Source: Glaucostegus cemiculus
Lineage: Eukaryota
Assembly (NCBI GenBank): GCA_976551045.1
Contig: CDPCPM010000275.1
Coordinates: 4,092,001 to 4,156,000 of the forward strand
Direction: 5' to 3'
DNA length: 64,000 nucleotides
The position numbers were made by a program, and so were the translations under genes. Positions 52,264 through 64,000 of the stretch are shown here, one piece after another. How positions within the stretch are numbered: position 1 is the first letter of the stretch; the number at the start of each line of letters is the position of its first letter. The notes under the pieces are model-generated. The model worked only from the letters and a program-made list of their open reading frames with translations. It made no database searches and was not told the origin of the DNA.

Positions 52264-53665
52264 AATATCAGAAAGGTTGTAAGAGTCTTAACAAAACTGG
52301 ATGTTGAATTCTAAGCACAGAAATTGGTTTAGAGAAAATCTATTTTTGCCCATTTTTAAAATGTTAATCTCACGTAAAATGTGATTTTCGATGCATTTTG
52401 TATTGTTTGCTGCTACAATCCCAGCCGTCGGGAATTCACCCTAATACCAATGTTATTTCCCTATGATATTTTGCACATGTAATAGCATCATCGATGTGTG
52501 CAAGTTGTTTTATTTACTTAATGGAAAAAATTGGATCAGAAGTCTGTAACTTATGACCTGAGTAATTAGCACAAATCGTAATGGTGAAAAGTGTGAATCC
52601 TGTGTATTTTAGAGGGAAACCGCTTTTGTTGTTAATAAATCACTGATTATTTCTTCCGAATGTTATTATCATAAGAACATCTTCCACCTGTGGCGCACAG
52701 ATTCACTTGCAGCCCCGGCCCACCCAACTCATTTAGGGCATTCGCCACTAACCCACCGCTGCCCCACCCCTGCAAACCCTGGCCCAATGTGACTGCTTAT
52801 CTGATAGCTCCATACCCCAGGGGCTCCATGCACTGTTAAAACCTTCACCCACTCTGATTCTCCCCTCCTGATTTCCCATCCCCTTGATTACCCCCTCTCC
52901 TACTCTATATCCTCCTCTCTGCCCAACCCTTAGGCCCTGAGAGTGCCATGGAGACATCTCTTTACTGAACTAATTTAACTCCAATGGGTCAGTGCATAAA
53001 TTATATTACTGCTGCTAGCCTAAATGCTCAGGCTGGGAATTAACATCTCTTAAAGAATGTAAATCACACAAACATTTACATAAAGCAAGAATTCTAATTC
53101 TGTGTTTTTTTTTGTAGACAACATTTGGCATTCCTTTAGCACATATTTAGTCCACCCAAACTGAGTTCAATCCAATTTCAAAGTACTAGCCTTGTTGGAA
53201 ATTAAGAAATGTTGATTAATATAAGTTATTTTTATAATTCCTGCTTTCAGGTTTTTTTTTAATTTGAAGTTTAGAGACTGGATATGTATATTTATCACAA
53301 TCATTTAGGACTATTCATCTAACAGTACAGGAGGAGTTGTGTCATTCCTGATCTGTTCGTGGTGGAGTAATCAACCATTTGGTCAGTGGACTAGAAATGT
53401 CATCAGAAATGAATAAAGCATCAACTGTGATTAGAAACATGAAATAAAAGGCAATAATAATAGAGCTGAAGGTGCGATAAATCTGAAATAGTAGCTAATA
53501 CAATAATTGGACAACTTATTGTAAAAAGAGAAGTTCTTATTCTGATTATTCTTTACTGTGCAAAAAGGACAGAGTCATAGAGCACAGAAACAAGTCCTTT
53601 GGCCCAGCATGTCCATGACAGCCATCAAGTCCTATCTATTTTAGTCCCATTAGTTAAACACTTAC

Positions 53666-53759
53666 TCAGATCGGTTCAGAGCCAAGCTGGTCCAGTAAGC
53701 TTCCAGGGGTGCTGTCACTACAGCATCAAAAAGTACTTCCTGGATTAATTCTTTGTCAC
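53666..53759 (-). CDS. CACNA2D3: CACNA2D3 coding exon, 94 nt
   Basis: atccatag|(C)[30 protein letters not shown](E)|gtaagt; human [32 protein letters not shown]. Phase 1/2, preceded by a 101-nt intron. Confidence 0.97.
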
Positions 53760-53860
53760 CTATGGATGCAAAATTAAAGCATTTCCTTTTTGTCTTTTTC
53801 ATTTTACAGTCATGCACCATACTAGAGTAAAATTGTAAGGCATTACAAAATTTTACTTAC

Positions 53861-53958
53861 ACTGTAGAAGTGGCTCTTTCCCGGTAAGGAAGAGTTTGAC
53901 AGCTTCAAGCTGAAAGAGGTTACGATACTGAGGATGTATGTCAATATTACAATAGTTC
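53861..53958 (-). CDS. CACNA2D3: CACNA2D3 coding exon, 98 nt
   Basis: gatttcag|(W)NYCNIDIHPQYRNLFQLEAVKLFLTGKEPLLQ(C)|gtaagt; human WSYCNTDLHPEHRHLSQLEAIKLYLKGKEPLLQC. Phase 2/1. Confidence 0.96.
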
Positions 53959-56900
53959 CTGAAATCAGAAGAAAATCCATCATGTTAATTCCAAGTGCCT
54001 TGATTAATCTAGTATAGTATATCCAAATTTGCTTCATCTTGTTCAGAATAAAGGCCAGCAGTACTCTGTTCTGAAATATTCTCCACTTTGCTTTGACCTC
54101 AGTTAGAATGACCCAAACTTCCCTGAATTAATAACTGCTACCATTTGCTCTTTTGTTGGGTAAAACTCACAGCAATGTCTGGTGTCCACACACATAAAAA
54201 TGGAAATCTGAAAGCTACTGTCAGTAATGAATGTGTCTGTCTACAGGCTGCATTATTGAAGATTAGTCTGTTATGATGAACATAAGGTAATTATCACCTG
54301 TTATTGCACCAAAGGTCAATGACTCACTGTGTGTTTCAACGCACATGTGACTAATAAAGATACCTTATCTTATTCAATTAGCAATCAGTGAGTTTTAAGT
54401 CTAGTAAATCAGAATTATTGCTGAGCATCCTCTCTGGCTCTGAATAATTCATATTACAAGCATAGAGTTTTTTTCCCTAAGGAAATATTGTTGACTTTTT
54501 GTTAAAACATTATAAAGCTTGTGTTTTGCTTCTCTGTCTTCTTTTAATCCATAGTCTTGTTTTGCTTCCTGTGCCACATAAGTTTTTGTACTAGTTCTTT
54601 TTTTTGCTATAATATAAGGCTTCTGCAATCTGGCTTTTCAGCTCACAGATGTCATAGATCTTTTGGAAAAGTTGCTGTACTCAGATAACAGGAAACTAGA
54701 TATCTGATGGACTAGCCCATTAAATGTCTGTGGACAGCTGTTTGCAAGATGAGGAACAAAAGCCATTCTTTCACTGTTCACAACAAAATATCTTACTTTA
54801 GGAAATCAGTGTGGGCCAGTCTTGAGGGGATAAATAGGTCCCAGAGCAAGCTATCACTAATTAGCATCCTTCTTTTTCTGCTTTGCGCTCAAGGAGGGAA
54901 GATTCCCATGTGCAGTGCAGAGGGAAATTCATCCCTTGGTATCAACTCTATGCCAGAATTTTTTTATGCATTTAAGCCCAAGGGACTTTGTCAATTAAAC
55001 TAATATTTCCCATCAACTGATTTGTGATAACGTGCATGAAGACACAGATTTTATTGTGCTGGTAATTTTCAAGGGATTGGGCTTTGAAATACATGGAAGG
55101 ATGTGGAGCTGTAGTAGTTATTGGTTGGATAGTACTATACTTGACCACAGTTGCTCAAAGCACCACCCTCTCTGGGGCAGTAGGGATGGGCAATAATTGC
55201 TAACCTTGCCAATATGCTCACACCTCATAAATGAATAAAAATATGACACTCAACAGAAAATGTCAATCTTGTCTATTCCATTGCATAGGGATTGTTTGCA
55301 GCATAAATTGTAATCATTGCAAAAAACTTCTCCAGCACTGAAAACTAATGGTTACAACTGTGCAATTTTATTTCTTTGAATTATTATTAGAGAGTGTAAA
55401 AAAAGTGAACTTTCACATCCTGTTTCTGTCTCTCTCCATCTCCCTTTTTCTGATCTTTTCTTCTCCTTCTTTATTTTGGTTTCCATCATAGATTTGACAT
55501 TCTGTTTTCTAACTGACAGCAAGGATTCTTCAAACTGATTGATTAAAAAGATGCACAACTCCTTAGCCTCTTCATATAGGTCAAGTCCCTTTTACTAGTT
55601 GCTATGCTGAAATAAATTTCTATTCTTCCAGGGTAAAAGCACAAAGAAATCTCTGGGGATGCGTGAGTGTCATAATCAACTGATGTCATTCACTCACAGG
55701 ACTGGTGGCTGAGATTATGCGTCACTGGAAAAATAATTAATCCCTCTTTACTGATGTGTTGCACAAGGAATAATGTCAACTATCATTGTATGTTTCAGAT
55801 CTGTAATACTAGATCAATAATATCCCAGGCTAAAGCTATGAAGCCTTTATTTAATCTTCCTTCAATGGGCGGTTGGTCTAAATGGTATAGATGAAGCATA
55901 ATCGCAGTCCTTTCTCTTAATATTTTCAATGCATCCATTTTTCTTTGAACAGCTGATAAGTTGGGAGTCTGCTTTAAATGCAATTCTCACAGCTTGGTCC
56001 CAAATCGAAATCAGCATTTGTTTTGACATCTACTACAACTTTCCATTTTCCAACTTTTTTTGCAACCCAGCCAAAACCAAGAAGCACCATCAGATAGTCT
56101 GCATATTATTTCTCCACCAACTGAACAGACTAGATGCACATGTTAATAATCAGGACCATTATCAATGCATACTTTACTGGAATTAAGTGTTAATCATCTT
56201 CACTGTTATCCCAACTGAATTCATTCATAAAGTCACCAATGAATTAATTGGTAATGTAGAAAAAGAAGCCTAGAAAATTAATCTCACTCTTATTTGCTGT
56301 GCTAAACGTTTATTGCACGATATGCTAATGCAGAATTGGATCCATAGCAAAAATTCCTGATGTTTAAAATGGTGTTAGAATCGTTTTCATTCAAAAACAA
56401 ATGCTTAAATGTAACCTGTGCATTTCCTGATGGGCATCACACCTGATTCAGTGCAGCTGCAGATATTTTCTGGAATACCAATGACATTATAGCATCAGCC
56501 CTTCAAGACACACTCCCCAAGGCAGACAGACACCATTGAAACATAGTATGGTTGCCATGGAGGAAAGATGCTGCAGGGAAAGGGCCTAGCTTTACACAAT
56601 GTGATAACAGGTCCTGATGCAGAAGGTAGAGGACAGGATGGGCAGCTGGTGTTGAATGGGGTTGTGGGTATGCGATTAACACAGGAAAAACACCACCTAA
56701 GGTGAATAATGCATGGGATTTCTTGGGCCAATTTCCTAATGAGTCAATTTCACCTGCAAATGATTATAGGTGATATCTGCAAGACCTAACCTGCGTAAAA
56801 TTGTCTTTATGCATAATGTGCACATTAAAAGCGTTTATGTATGGATTCAATTTCTTTATTTTTTTTGCTTTCCTTCCCTTATTTCTACCTCAATATCTGA

Positions 56901-57131
56901 CTTGACATTGAATTCACCTACAACAATCCCTGTAATATTTTGATATGATTCATCAACATGATTGATTACAGAGATACAAAGCCCTCTTTTCCTTAATGTG
57001 ATGTTATCAGCTTGTACTTTAAGTAACATGTCACATAAAACTTTGAGGGACTTAAACATTTAAGAGCAAGCCTAACTACTGACAGATGCTATGTACCCTG
57101 CCATAGCAATTTAGAGCACAGGATCACTTAC

Positions 57132-57177
57132 CATTCCTCCATCAGTGATAAATCTGGGTGATCCAAGTCATGCAAAC
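57132..57177 (-). CDS. CACNA2D3: CACNA2D3 coding exon, 46 nt
   Basis: taattaag|(G)LHDLDHPDLSLMEE(W)|gtaagt; human GLHDLEHPDVSLADEW. Phase 1/2. Confidence 0.95.
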
Positions 57178-58169
57178 CTTAATTAAGACAAAGTAAATAG
57201 GTTAAACAGTTATCATCATTTATCAAGATTCATGCAGTACACCATCAACTATTTTCTGTGAATGACTGTAAAACTTCTCAATCTTTCATGCTTGTATGCT
57301 ATTATGAATGTTAATGGTGCAAAACTAATATTTACATGATTTCCTATTCCTGAAATTAGCTTTCACTATTAATTGCCATTAGCTTTCTATTTTTAACATG
57401 AATTTTGTGGAAATATGCTGGTTACATGAAATCAGTGAAGTTTTATTCCTAATGCAATGGTGCTAATGTTAGTTTCTGGTACATTTTGGCTGCAACTGCT
57501 TTAAGATGTAATTCAAGCATACCAGGCAATTTGATCTAACAGATTGCTGCCCACAACTGAGACCATTCCAATTTCAAGTTGACTCCTGAGGTATCGGAAG
57601 TCAAAGTCCAATTATGCAGGCATTTCCGTTAGATTGTTGAAAAAGGATTGCTCTAATTCGTAGATGGCTGCCAGACTGAATGCCAACTCCAGAGCATATA
57701 TAGGAAACCTTGAGCAAGTAGAAGGCAATGGAGCTATCAGGATGGACCTTTCATGGAGGAGGGTCTCTCAAGACTCATAAAGGTTTGGGTGAGTGAGGTT
57801 AAATCATTTACAAGTCCATTCTGTTCCATTCTAAATGTTCCTCTTATATTTAGGCCTTTGTTTCAGTTGTTTACTGATTCATTTTCTTCTTCCTTAGTCC
57901 CTTTCTTTGCACTTATAGATTTCCAGCGAAAATCCTCTGGGTCCAGTTGTTTTGAAGCCAAGGGGGACTCTAGGAAGATTCCATGTTGGTTTGACTTCCT
58001 AGGACATACTCAATTGACTCCTGCACCTCTGCATTTACAGAGGTTGGTGAAGTTAACTGCCTCTGGCAGACATAGTGCTGGTGGTGACTTCTCCTCTGGA
58101 AATGAAAGGGCAGCTAGTACCTCAACGACTGAGCAATAATTTATTCATGTACAGACACAAAAGATAGCA

Positions 58170-58710
58170 TTAAAGGATAATGTATTATTGGCCTTTATTT
58201 CAAAGATGTTGGATTCCAAATGTTACAGTTCTGAATAGACCCCATCGAGAGTCTTGTGTCTCTACAAGGATACATTGGCCTTGGTGGAGTTGTGGTGTGA
58301 ATTTAACAAATGATATCAAGGCTAAAAGGTTAATTATGAGGACAGACTAAGCTTGCATTCCCTTGAATTTAAGAATAAGGGCTGATACAACTGTGCTGTT
58401 TAAGATAATTAAAGGATGCAATAGTTAATAGATGGAAACTGTTTCCTGTGATGGTAGGTCATGTAGCTGGAGGACATGGATTTAAAATTAAAACAAGGCG
58501 ATTCAAGAGTGATGTATAAAATATCTTCATATGATAGGGAGTGAGAATTCAATCTGCAAAGGACTGAACATAACAAAACTGAGATTGATGGACTTTTGTT
58601 AGGCAAAGATATTAAAAAACAAAGAAAGCAAATGGAATTACGAAACAGATCAGTTGTGAAGGGCAAACAAACTCAGGGGAGTGAATGGCCAATTCCTGTT
58701 CTTATATCTG
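58170..58710 (+). mobile_element. Old CR1 3' fragment; further CR1 remnants at about 43670-43900, 59620-59805, 61315-61740 and 63000-64000
   Basis: Degenerate versions of the CR1 3' sequence seen at 1900-2500, for example gggagtgaatggccaattcctgttcttat and ctcaatctggagtatgattttcagctctggcgccacacctcaggaa. Confidence 0.65.
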
Positions 58711-60374
58711 AAAGCCTGAGCAGTCATGATGCTCTTTGATTCTTTAGGGGGTCCTTATTCACCATCACACATTAGAAACATAATTCTTAAACTTACAACA
58801 CTGAATTGGGAGGAATAGGCAACACTGAGGATTGTTGTAACAAACCATAGGTTGACCCTAATAAGCTTGCATAATGAAGGTAATTGGCAAAGGAAATTCA
58901 ACACAGGTAAATGTGCAATAATGGGCCATCTTGATGCTCATCTTGCAGGCACAGAACTTGTCTGGAGGTGGAGTGCCTACCTTGCAGGTCTTCCACATCC
59001 AGGAATCTGGCATTGTATTTTGAACAGCAGCAGAAGGCCCTAGTTCTGAAATGCCTTGGAAAGCCTTTGATAGCTTGAAAAACTTTGTCAGCTGTAAAAG
59101 CTGTCAAAGACTCTAACACATTTTTGATATTCAGAAGAAATATTTTATTTATATTTTTTAAATATAAATAATAGTTAACCAAAATCACTTAAAAATAAAG
59201 CAATGCAAAATATTTTTAAAAAATTAACCTGCTCTTGCCTCCTATGTTTTTATTCTACAATCCCTATTAAAATTGATGGGATCTCAGAAGGCTGCACCTA
59301 GTCTGAGCTGATACAGAATCCAGGAGGTGATGCCTGAGCTCCCATCCTCAGAATGTGAATTAAATAATAGCTTCAACATGTATTTGGCTTGGAAATGACA
59401 TTATGTGTTATTAAAGACTGCTCAGAGAGGGTGAAATATCCAAAAGCGTCAACACTGAAATTTCACCTATTTTTTATTATCTTTGTTGATTTATTTTTAC
59501 ATAGACATGCTTTTAATCTTACATTCAGTTTATGACCCTCCTTTCAACAAAAACGTAATTAAAACCTGTTAACATAAATATGCTCACAAGAAATTTCTGC
59601 ACCTGTGGATCTATAGAATTGAGCATAGGCTCAATAACTGAGCATATTCAAGACAGCTATCAAAAGATATTTGGATATTAGGGAATAAAGAAATATGTGG
59701 TTAGTGCAAAAAGTGTGGTGCTGAGGTGAAAGATCAGTCATTATTTTATTGAATGGTGGAGCAGGCACAAGGGGCCAAAAGGCCTATTCCTGTTTCTATG
59801 TTGTACATTCACAGCTATTTGGGATGGCATGTGCTTTTGCATTATTAGTGAGAACTGTGATCATATTTAACAACAGCTAATACTTATTACAAATAATGTT
59901 AGAGATATAACAGTATCTGCTGTTTCCTTTATTGATTTTTTTTTTGGAGAGTTTGTGAATGATTCCACAACTACATGAATATTGCTTGATTGTTCTGAAG
60001 CTGGACAGTCCAAGAATATTAAAATAAATAGCTGATATTAATTTTCCATGGTGGCAAAAAGCAGGTGTTAATCGATCAGCAGCTTGTTTACACCCTGGAT
60101 AATTTTCCTTTTCATTCATTTTGTTGGAAAGAAAAATCAGATTGGATGTAAGAAGAGTTCCTGATCTGCTACTTACCATTCCCTGGAGTCAATGGACATT
60201 CAACCCATCTGTCAAGTCTATTTTAAAGAATTGCACGTATACAGAAAATTAAACTAACACCTCTAACTTCTGCATCATTATTAAACTTTCATTTACTGCT
60301 TTTTTTTTACTGGATTTTTTTGCTTACCACTCTCTGTTTACATTTTCAGTATTATATTATTGCTTTAGTCATAC

Positions 60375-60442
60375 CTTCTTCCAGAGTAACGTTTCCCTGG
60401 AGGAAGTACTTCCCATGCCCTCGAGATAAAGCCACACCTAGA
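60375..60442 (-). CDS. CACNA2D3: CACNA2D3 coding exon, 68 nt
   Basis: gtgtatag|(S)LGVALSRGHGKYFLQGNVTLEE(G)|gtatga; human SLGVALSRGHGKYFFRGNVTIEEG. Phase 2/1, preceded by a 98-nt intron. Confidence 0.97.
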
Positions 60443-60540
60443 CTATACACAGGAGATTGGAGATAATTATATGCTGGCATCGAAAACTTTTTACCTCAAT
60501 TCAAAAAAAGCTTAGTAAGTAGAAAAATTATTAAGCTTAC

Positions 60541-60602
60541 CTGAAAGGAGTGCCTTTGATGTCTGTGTAATAGTAATCATTTGTCATCACAAAGACTCGT
60601 TT
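60541..60602 (-). CDS. CACNA2D3: CACNA2D3 coding exon, 62 nt
   Basis: catgttag|KRVFVMTNDYYYTDIKGTPF(S)|gtaagc; human KRVLVMTNDYYYTDIKGTPFS. Phase 0/2. Confidence 0.97.
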
Positions 60603-62139
60603 CTAACATGAAAAATAAAGCAGGAGTAGTAACAGGCAGACAAGTTATTAGAGATTGTACAAGCCTCCGTGTATTGCTTCAATATCTGTAAATCATGTCA
60701 CCACTGTAGAAGATTTCTTGTCACCTTTGCTGCAAATATCCTTGAAACTTCACTAGACCTATCACTCCTAAAATTATGTTATACCATCTGTAAAAATATC
60801 TAAGTCATTGATGGTATTATGTAATAAATCCTGAGCAGAGTTTGAAACTCGAACAAATATTTCAAAAGAACAAAGTGATTAAAATTCTTCTGTATATCCT
60901 GTTTTGTCCTAACACATGGTGCTCTAAATCATATATTTAATCTCAACAGTTTCTACTGTGCCATATCCTTTGAACACATACCTGTCATTCTGTCCATTTT
61001 TAAATCCATACTTAAAAGACAAAGTTCACCCATGTGTTCTAAACACACTTATCCTGCAATCCTTTCTGCAACAGCTTAAAAAGCCTAATGCTAATGTAGC
61101 AATGGTGAATGGTAAACTGAGTAAACATTTATGTGAACTTCTACCAATGTAAAATCCAAAATTATACCCTCAAAGTAACAATTAAAATGTGATTTCATTA
61201 CAATATGGCCTGAAGTCAATTACAGAACAATGTCAAAATTAAATTTTAAAGGAGTAGCATTGATATTTTAAAGAAAGCTACAGGATTTCCATTATGTATG
61301 CACAGTTTGTAAGTGATAGAAACATAGAACATAGCTTGTGCTAACTTGCATGTAAAGCAATTCAAAACCACTACCAGTGCTCACAATTTATCCATGTCCT
61401 TGTAACTTTTTCTTAAGGGTGCAAATATCGCTAGATCAGGCATTCCATATGGCAAAACATTCAATGCTCCAACACTCTTCTTCTGAATAAATTTCTCTGA
61501 ACATATCTTTATTCTTTCAGTGGCAACTCTAAATTGATGACTCCTTCTCAGCAACCTGAACACCCTATGCTATCTATATTTTTCATAATTTTAAAAAGCT
61601 CATTTTAATCTCCTTTTATGTGTCTCTGCCCCAGTGGAAATATGGTATCTTTAGTTTCTTTCCTTTAATGTTAAATTCCCATTCTTGGTATCATCTTGGT
61701 GAAACTTTGTCAAATATTGTCTATGCCTTTAATGATCTTTTAGCTCCATTAAAGAAAATGGATGGTAAAAATGGGCAGCCAATTGGATCATATCAGCTTT
61801 CTACAGATGGGTTATATCAATATTACTCCCCTAATTTAACATCTACAAACCTATGTATTATTAACATTCAGGTATTTGACCCAAATTCATAAAACTAATC
61901 AAGAAGTCTTCAAGAAATCTTAGTTTAAACAAAAAACATATTATCTTTTCCTATATTATCAATAACAATTAAGATTCATGGGTACAGTGTTGGATGAATC
62001 TAAACAATTCCGTAGTAAATCACTAGTTTTTCCCTAAAATTATTAGGAGACCCCTTCGTATAAGCGAATTCCAATAAAAGATAGAACAATTTGGTACAAA
62101 GTTTCTTTTTGTTTAATCAGACAAGAAGAAATGCCTTAC

Positions 62140-62211
62140 CCCTTTTTCCACAGTCTTTTTCACCTCCATAGAAAATTTTCCTGTTTTCCGGTTTACCATA
62201 CCATTGCGCAG
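62140..62211 (-). CDS. CACNA2D3: CACNA2D3 (voltage-gated Ca channel alpha2delta-3) internal coding exon, 72 nt (about human exon 19)
   Basis: Minus strand reads tttcatag|LRNGMVNRKTGKFSMEVKKTVEKG|gtaagg. This matches remembered human alpha2delta-3 LRNAMVNRKTGKFSMEVKKTVDKG. Phase 0/0. Confidence 0.96.
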
Positions 62212-64000
62212 CTATGAAATAGTGCAAATAATTAATATTTTCACAGAACCACATTTACCACTGAGACAATGTTCTTAGCCAGGTTTGTGGTGATAGGTAG
62301 AATAGTTGGTTAATTAATCATGAAGTTGAACTATGAAATTTATAATAAAGTAGTTATATTTAAATATATAGCAATGTCTTATCATTTTGAAGATTAAACA
62401 TGAAGACACGTAATATGGAAATTTCCACAATGTACACATTAATTGTATGGAAGATACTGGAAATTATAGTGATAACAGAAACATTCCATAAAGATAATTT
62501 CTGACCTGCTGCTAGGGGCATGGAAACCCATATGTCAAGATCCCTGTTTAAAAGTTTACTGCTCACGCTTTTGTTAGTATGGGTGACCACTGTGTTATGG
62601 CTATTTGGGTAGCGGAAATTTGCTCTTACAGAATTCACAAATCACGACCCAAAAACTTGAGTTACAGAATAAAATTCTCCCTCATGGAATTTATGTGGAA
62701 AAGAAAGATTCTGATATGGACCCTTTTCTAGGAACACAACCGCCTCTGATTACATGTCCTTTTGCTTTTTGGAATAGGTGCATCTGCCCATCAGCATTTT
62801 ATGCTTATATTTTATACACTTTTATTTTAGATCTGATCTGGGATTTTTTGCTTTTTTCTTCATTTTCCATAGACCTTCCACAGCCTTAGTGTGGCTGTCA
62901 CCTTTTTAAAGCTTCTAATTATCTAAATGAGGTAACAAGTTACCTCACCAAACAGTTATTCTATTTAAGCCTTGGTTTTACATGTTTTAAAATCATAACT
63001 TCAGTGTTAGTTTACTGGAATGACCTGAAGCTCAAGAATTAGATATGACAGGATCTGGCCTCATACAACAGTTTGTGGATGAACACGTGGACTGTTTCTG
63101 CTTACCCAGTCACTGGTTTATAGAATAGGGTGGATGCCTTTAACTGGGATTACCAGAATCTAATATATGCAAAGGTGAGAAACTTGAAAAAAGCTAATGG
63201 AAAAAACAATGGGACTTAAATTTCAAAGCCCTTAAGAATATTGGCAGATATTTACAGGATATTTAGTGCATAATTTCAAATTTCACTCCATTGTTTAAAT
63301 GAGGGAATGGTGGAAGTGTGGAATGAAAAATCCAATTAACTACAGTTCTGTCTGTCTGGATGATATGTTAAATTTCTTTCCTTTTCAAAAGCACCATTAA
63401 GATTTGTCTTTAACAGATAATATGAAAATTAAATATCAAAACTAACGAACAGGTAAAAAGATGAAACAAAACATCTAAAAGAACGTGGGACTTTAGTTGA
63501 AGAGGAGTAGAATGAAAAAATGAAAAAGTGATGTTTCATTTAAACAGAACCTTGATTAAACTCAATCTGGAGTATGATTTTCAGCTCTGGCGCCACACCT
63601 CAGGAATGCTTTGAAAGAATTTCATTGCTGATTAACCAGAATAATGAAGGGATAAACAGTTAAAGTACATTGATTGGATTTGTAAATTTGGCTTCAATTC
63701 CTTGAGTTTAGAAAGCTGGAGTAGATCTAATCAAATAGTTCAAAATGCAAAAGGGAATCAATAGGTTAAGGACAATGCAAGGAAACAATTTTATCCCCTG
63801 GCTGAATCCAGAACAACCGGGCATAATCTTAAACTTACTGTAAGTCTACCGAAGGGTGAAATCAATAGGAAAGAAAAAATGCACAGATAAAGAAAGGGAC
63901 ATATATGGTCTTTAAAGTGAGCTGGTTTTGTAAGTTTTATAACGTTAGAAATGTGGCAGCTAATTTATGCAGAGAGGTGGAGAGCTGAAAGATTTACATA

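Noticed and set aside
63338-63352. AAC TAC AGT TCT GTC = NYSSV, matching the CACNA2D3 peptide expected just upstream (KPNYSSVDLSEVEWED)
   Set aside because: It is on the wrong strand, has no flanking match, and lies in a decayed CR1 (NYRPVSL-like motif). The real exon is probably beyond the window end.

Overview
This window is AT-rich, repeat-laden vertebrate genomic DNA. Its repeat families (HER1/CR1 LINEs, HE1-like V-SINEs, RTE, Rex/Babar, Penelope-like termini) point to a cartilaginous fish, probably a ray or sawfish-type batoid (inference). The whole window lies inside the calcium-channel auxiliary subunit gene CACNA2D3 on the minus strand. Eleven consecutive GT-AG coding exons (72, 62, 68, 46, 98, 94, 96, 122, 81, 62 and 45 nt; 846 nt, 282 codons) splice in frame, and all are invisible in the ORF track. 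A complete three-exon LRTM1 gene (345 aa, with only 7 coding nt in its first exon) is nested on the plus strand in the 27-kb CACNA2D3 intron. The most notable non-genic signals are four. (1) A dispersed Penelope-like family carries minimal type-I hammerhead-ribozyme cores whose stems I and II covary between copies; some copies are inverted pairs or have target-site duplications. (2) A perfect 126-bp inverted duplication with a fold-back junction sits inside an old CR1. (3) A pre-miRNA-sized hairpin of about 105 nt lies next to a CACNA2D3 exon. (4) There is a chimeric two-subfamily CR1 and a Ty3/Gypsy RT relic. Exon coordinates were read base by base. Repeat boundaries are approximate, and homology statements rest on remembered sequences, not on searches.
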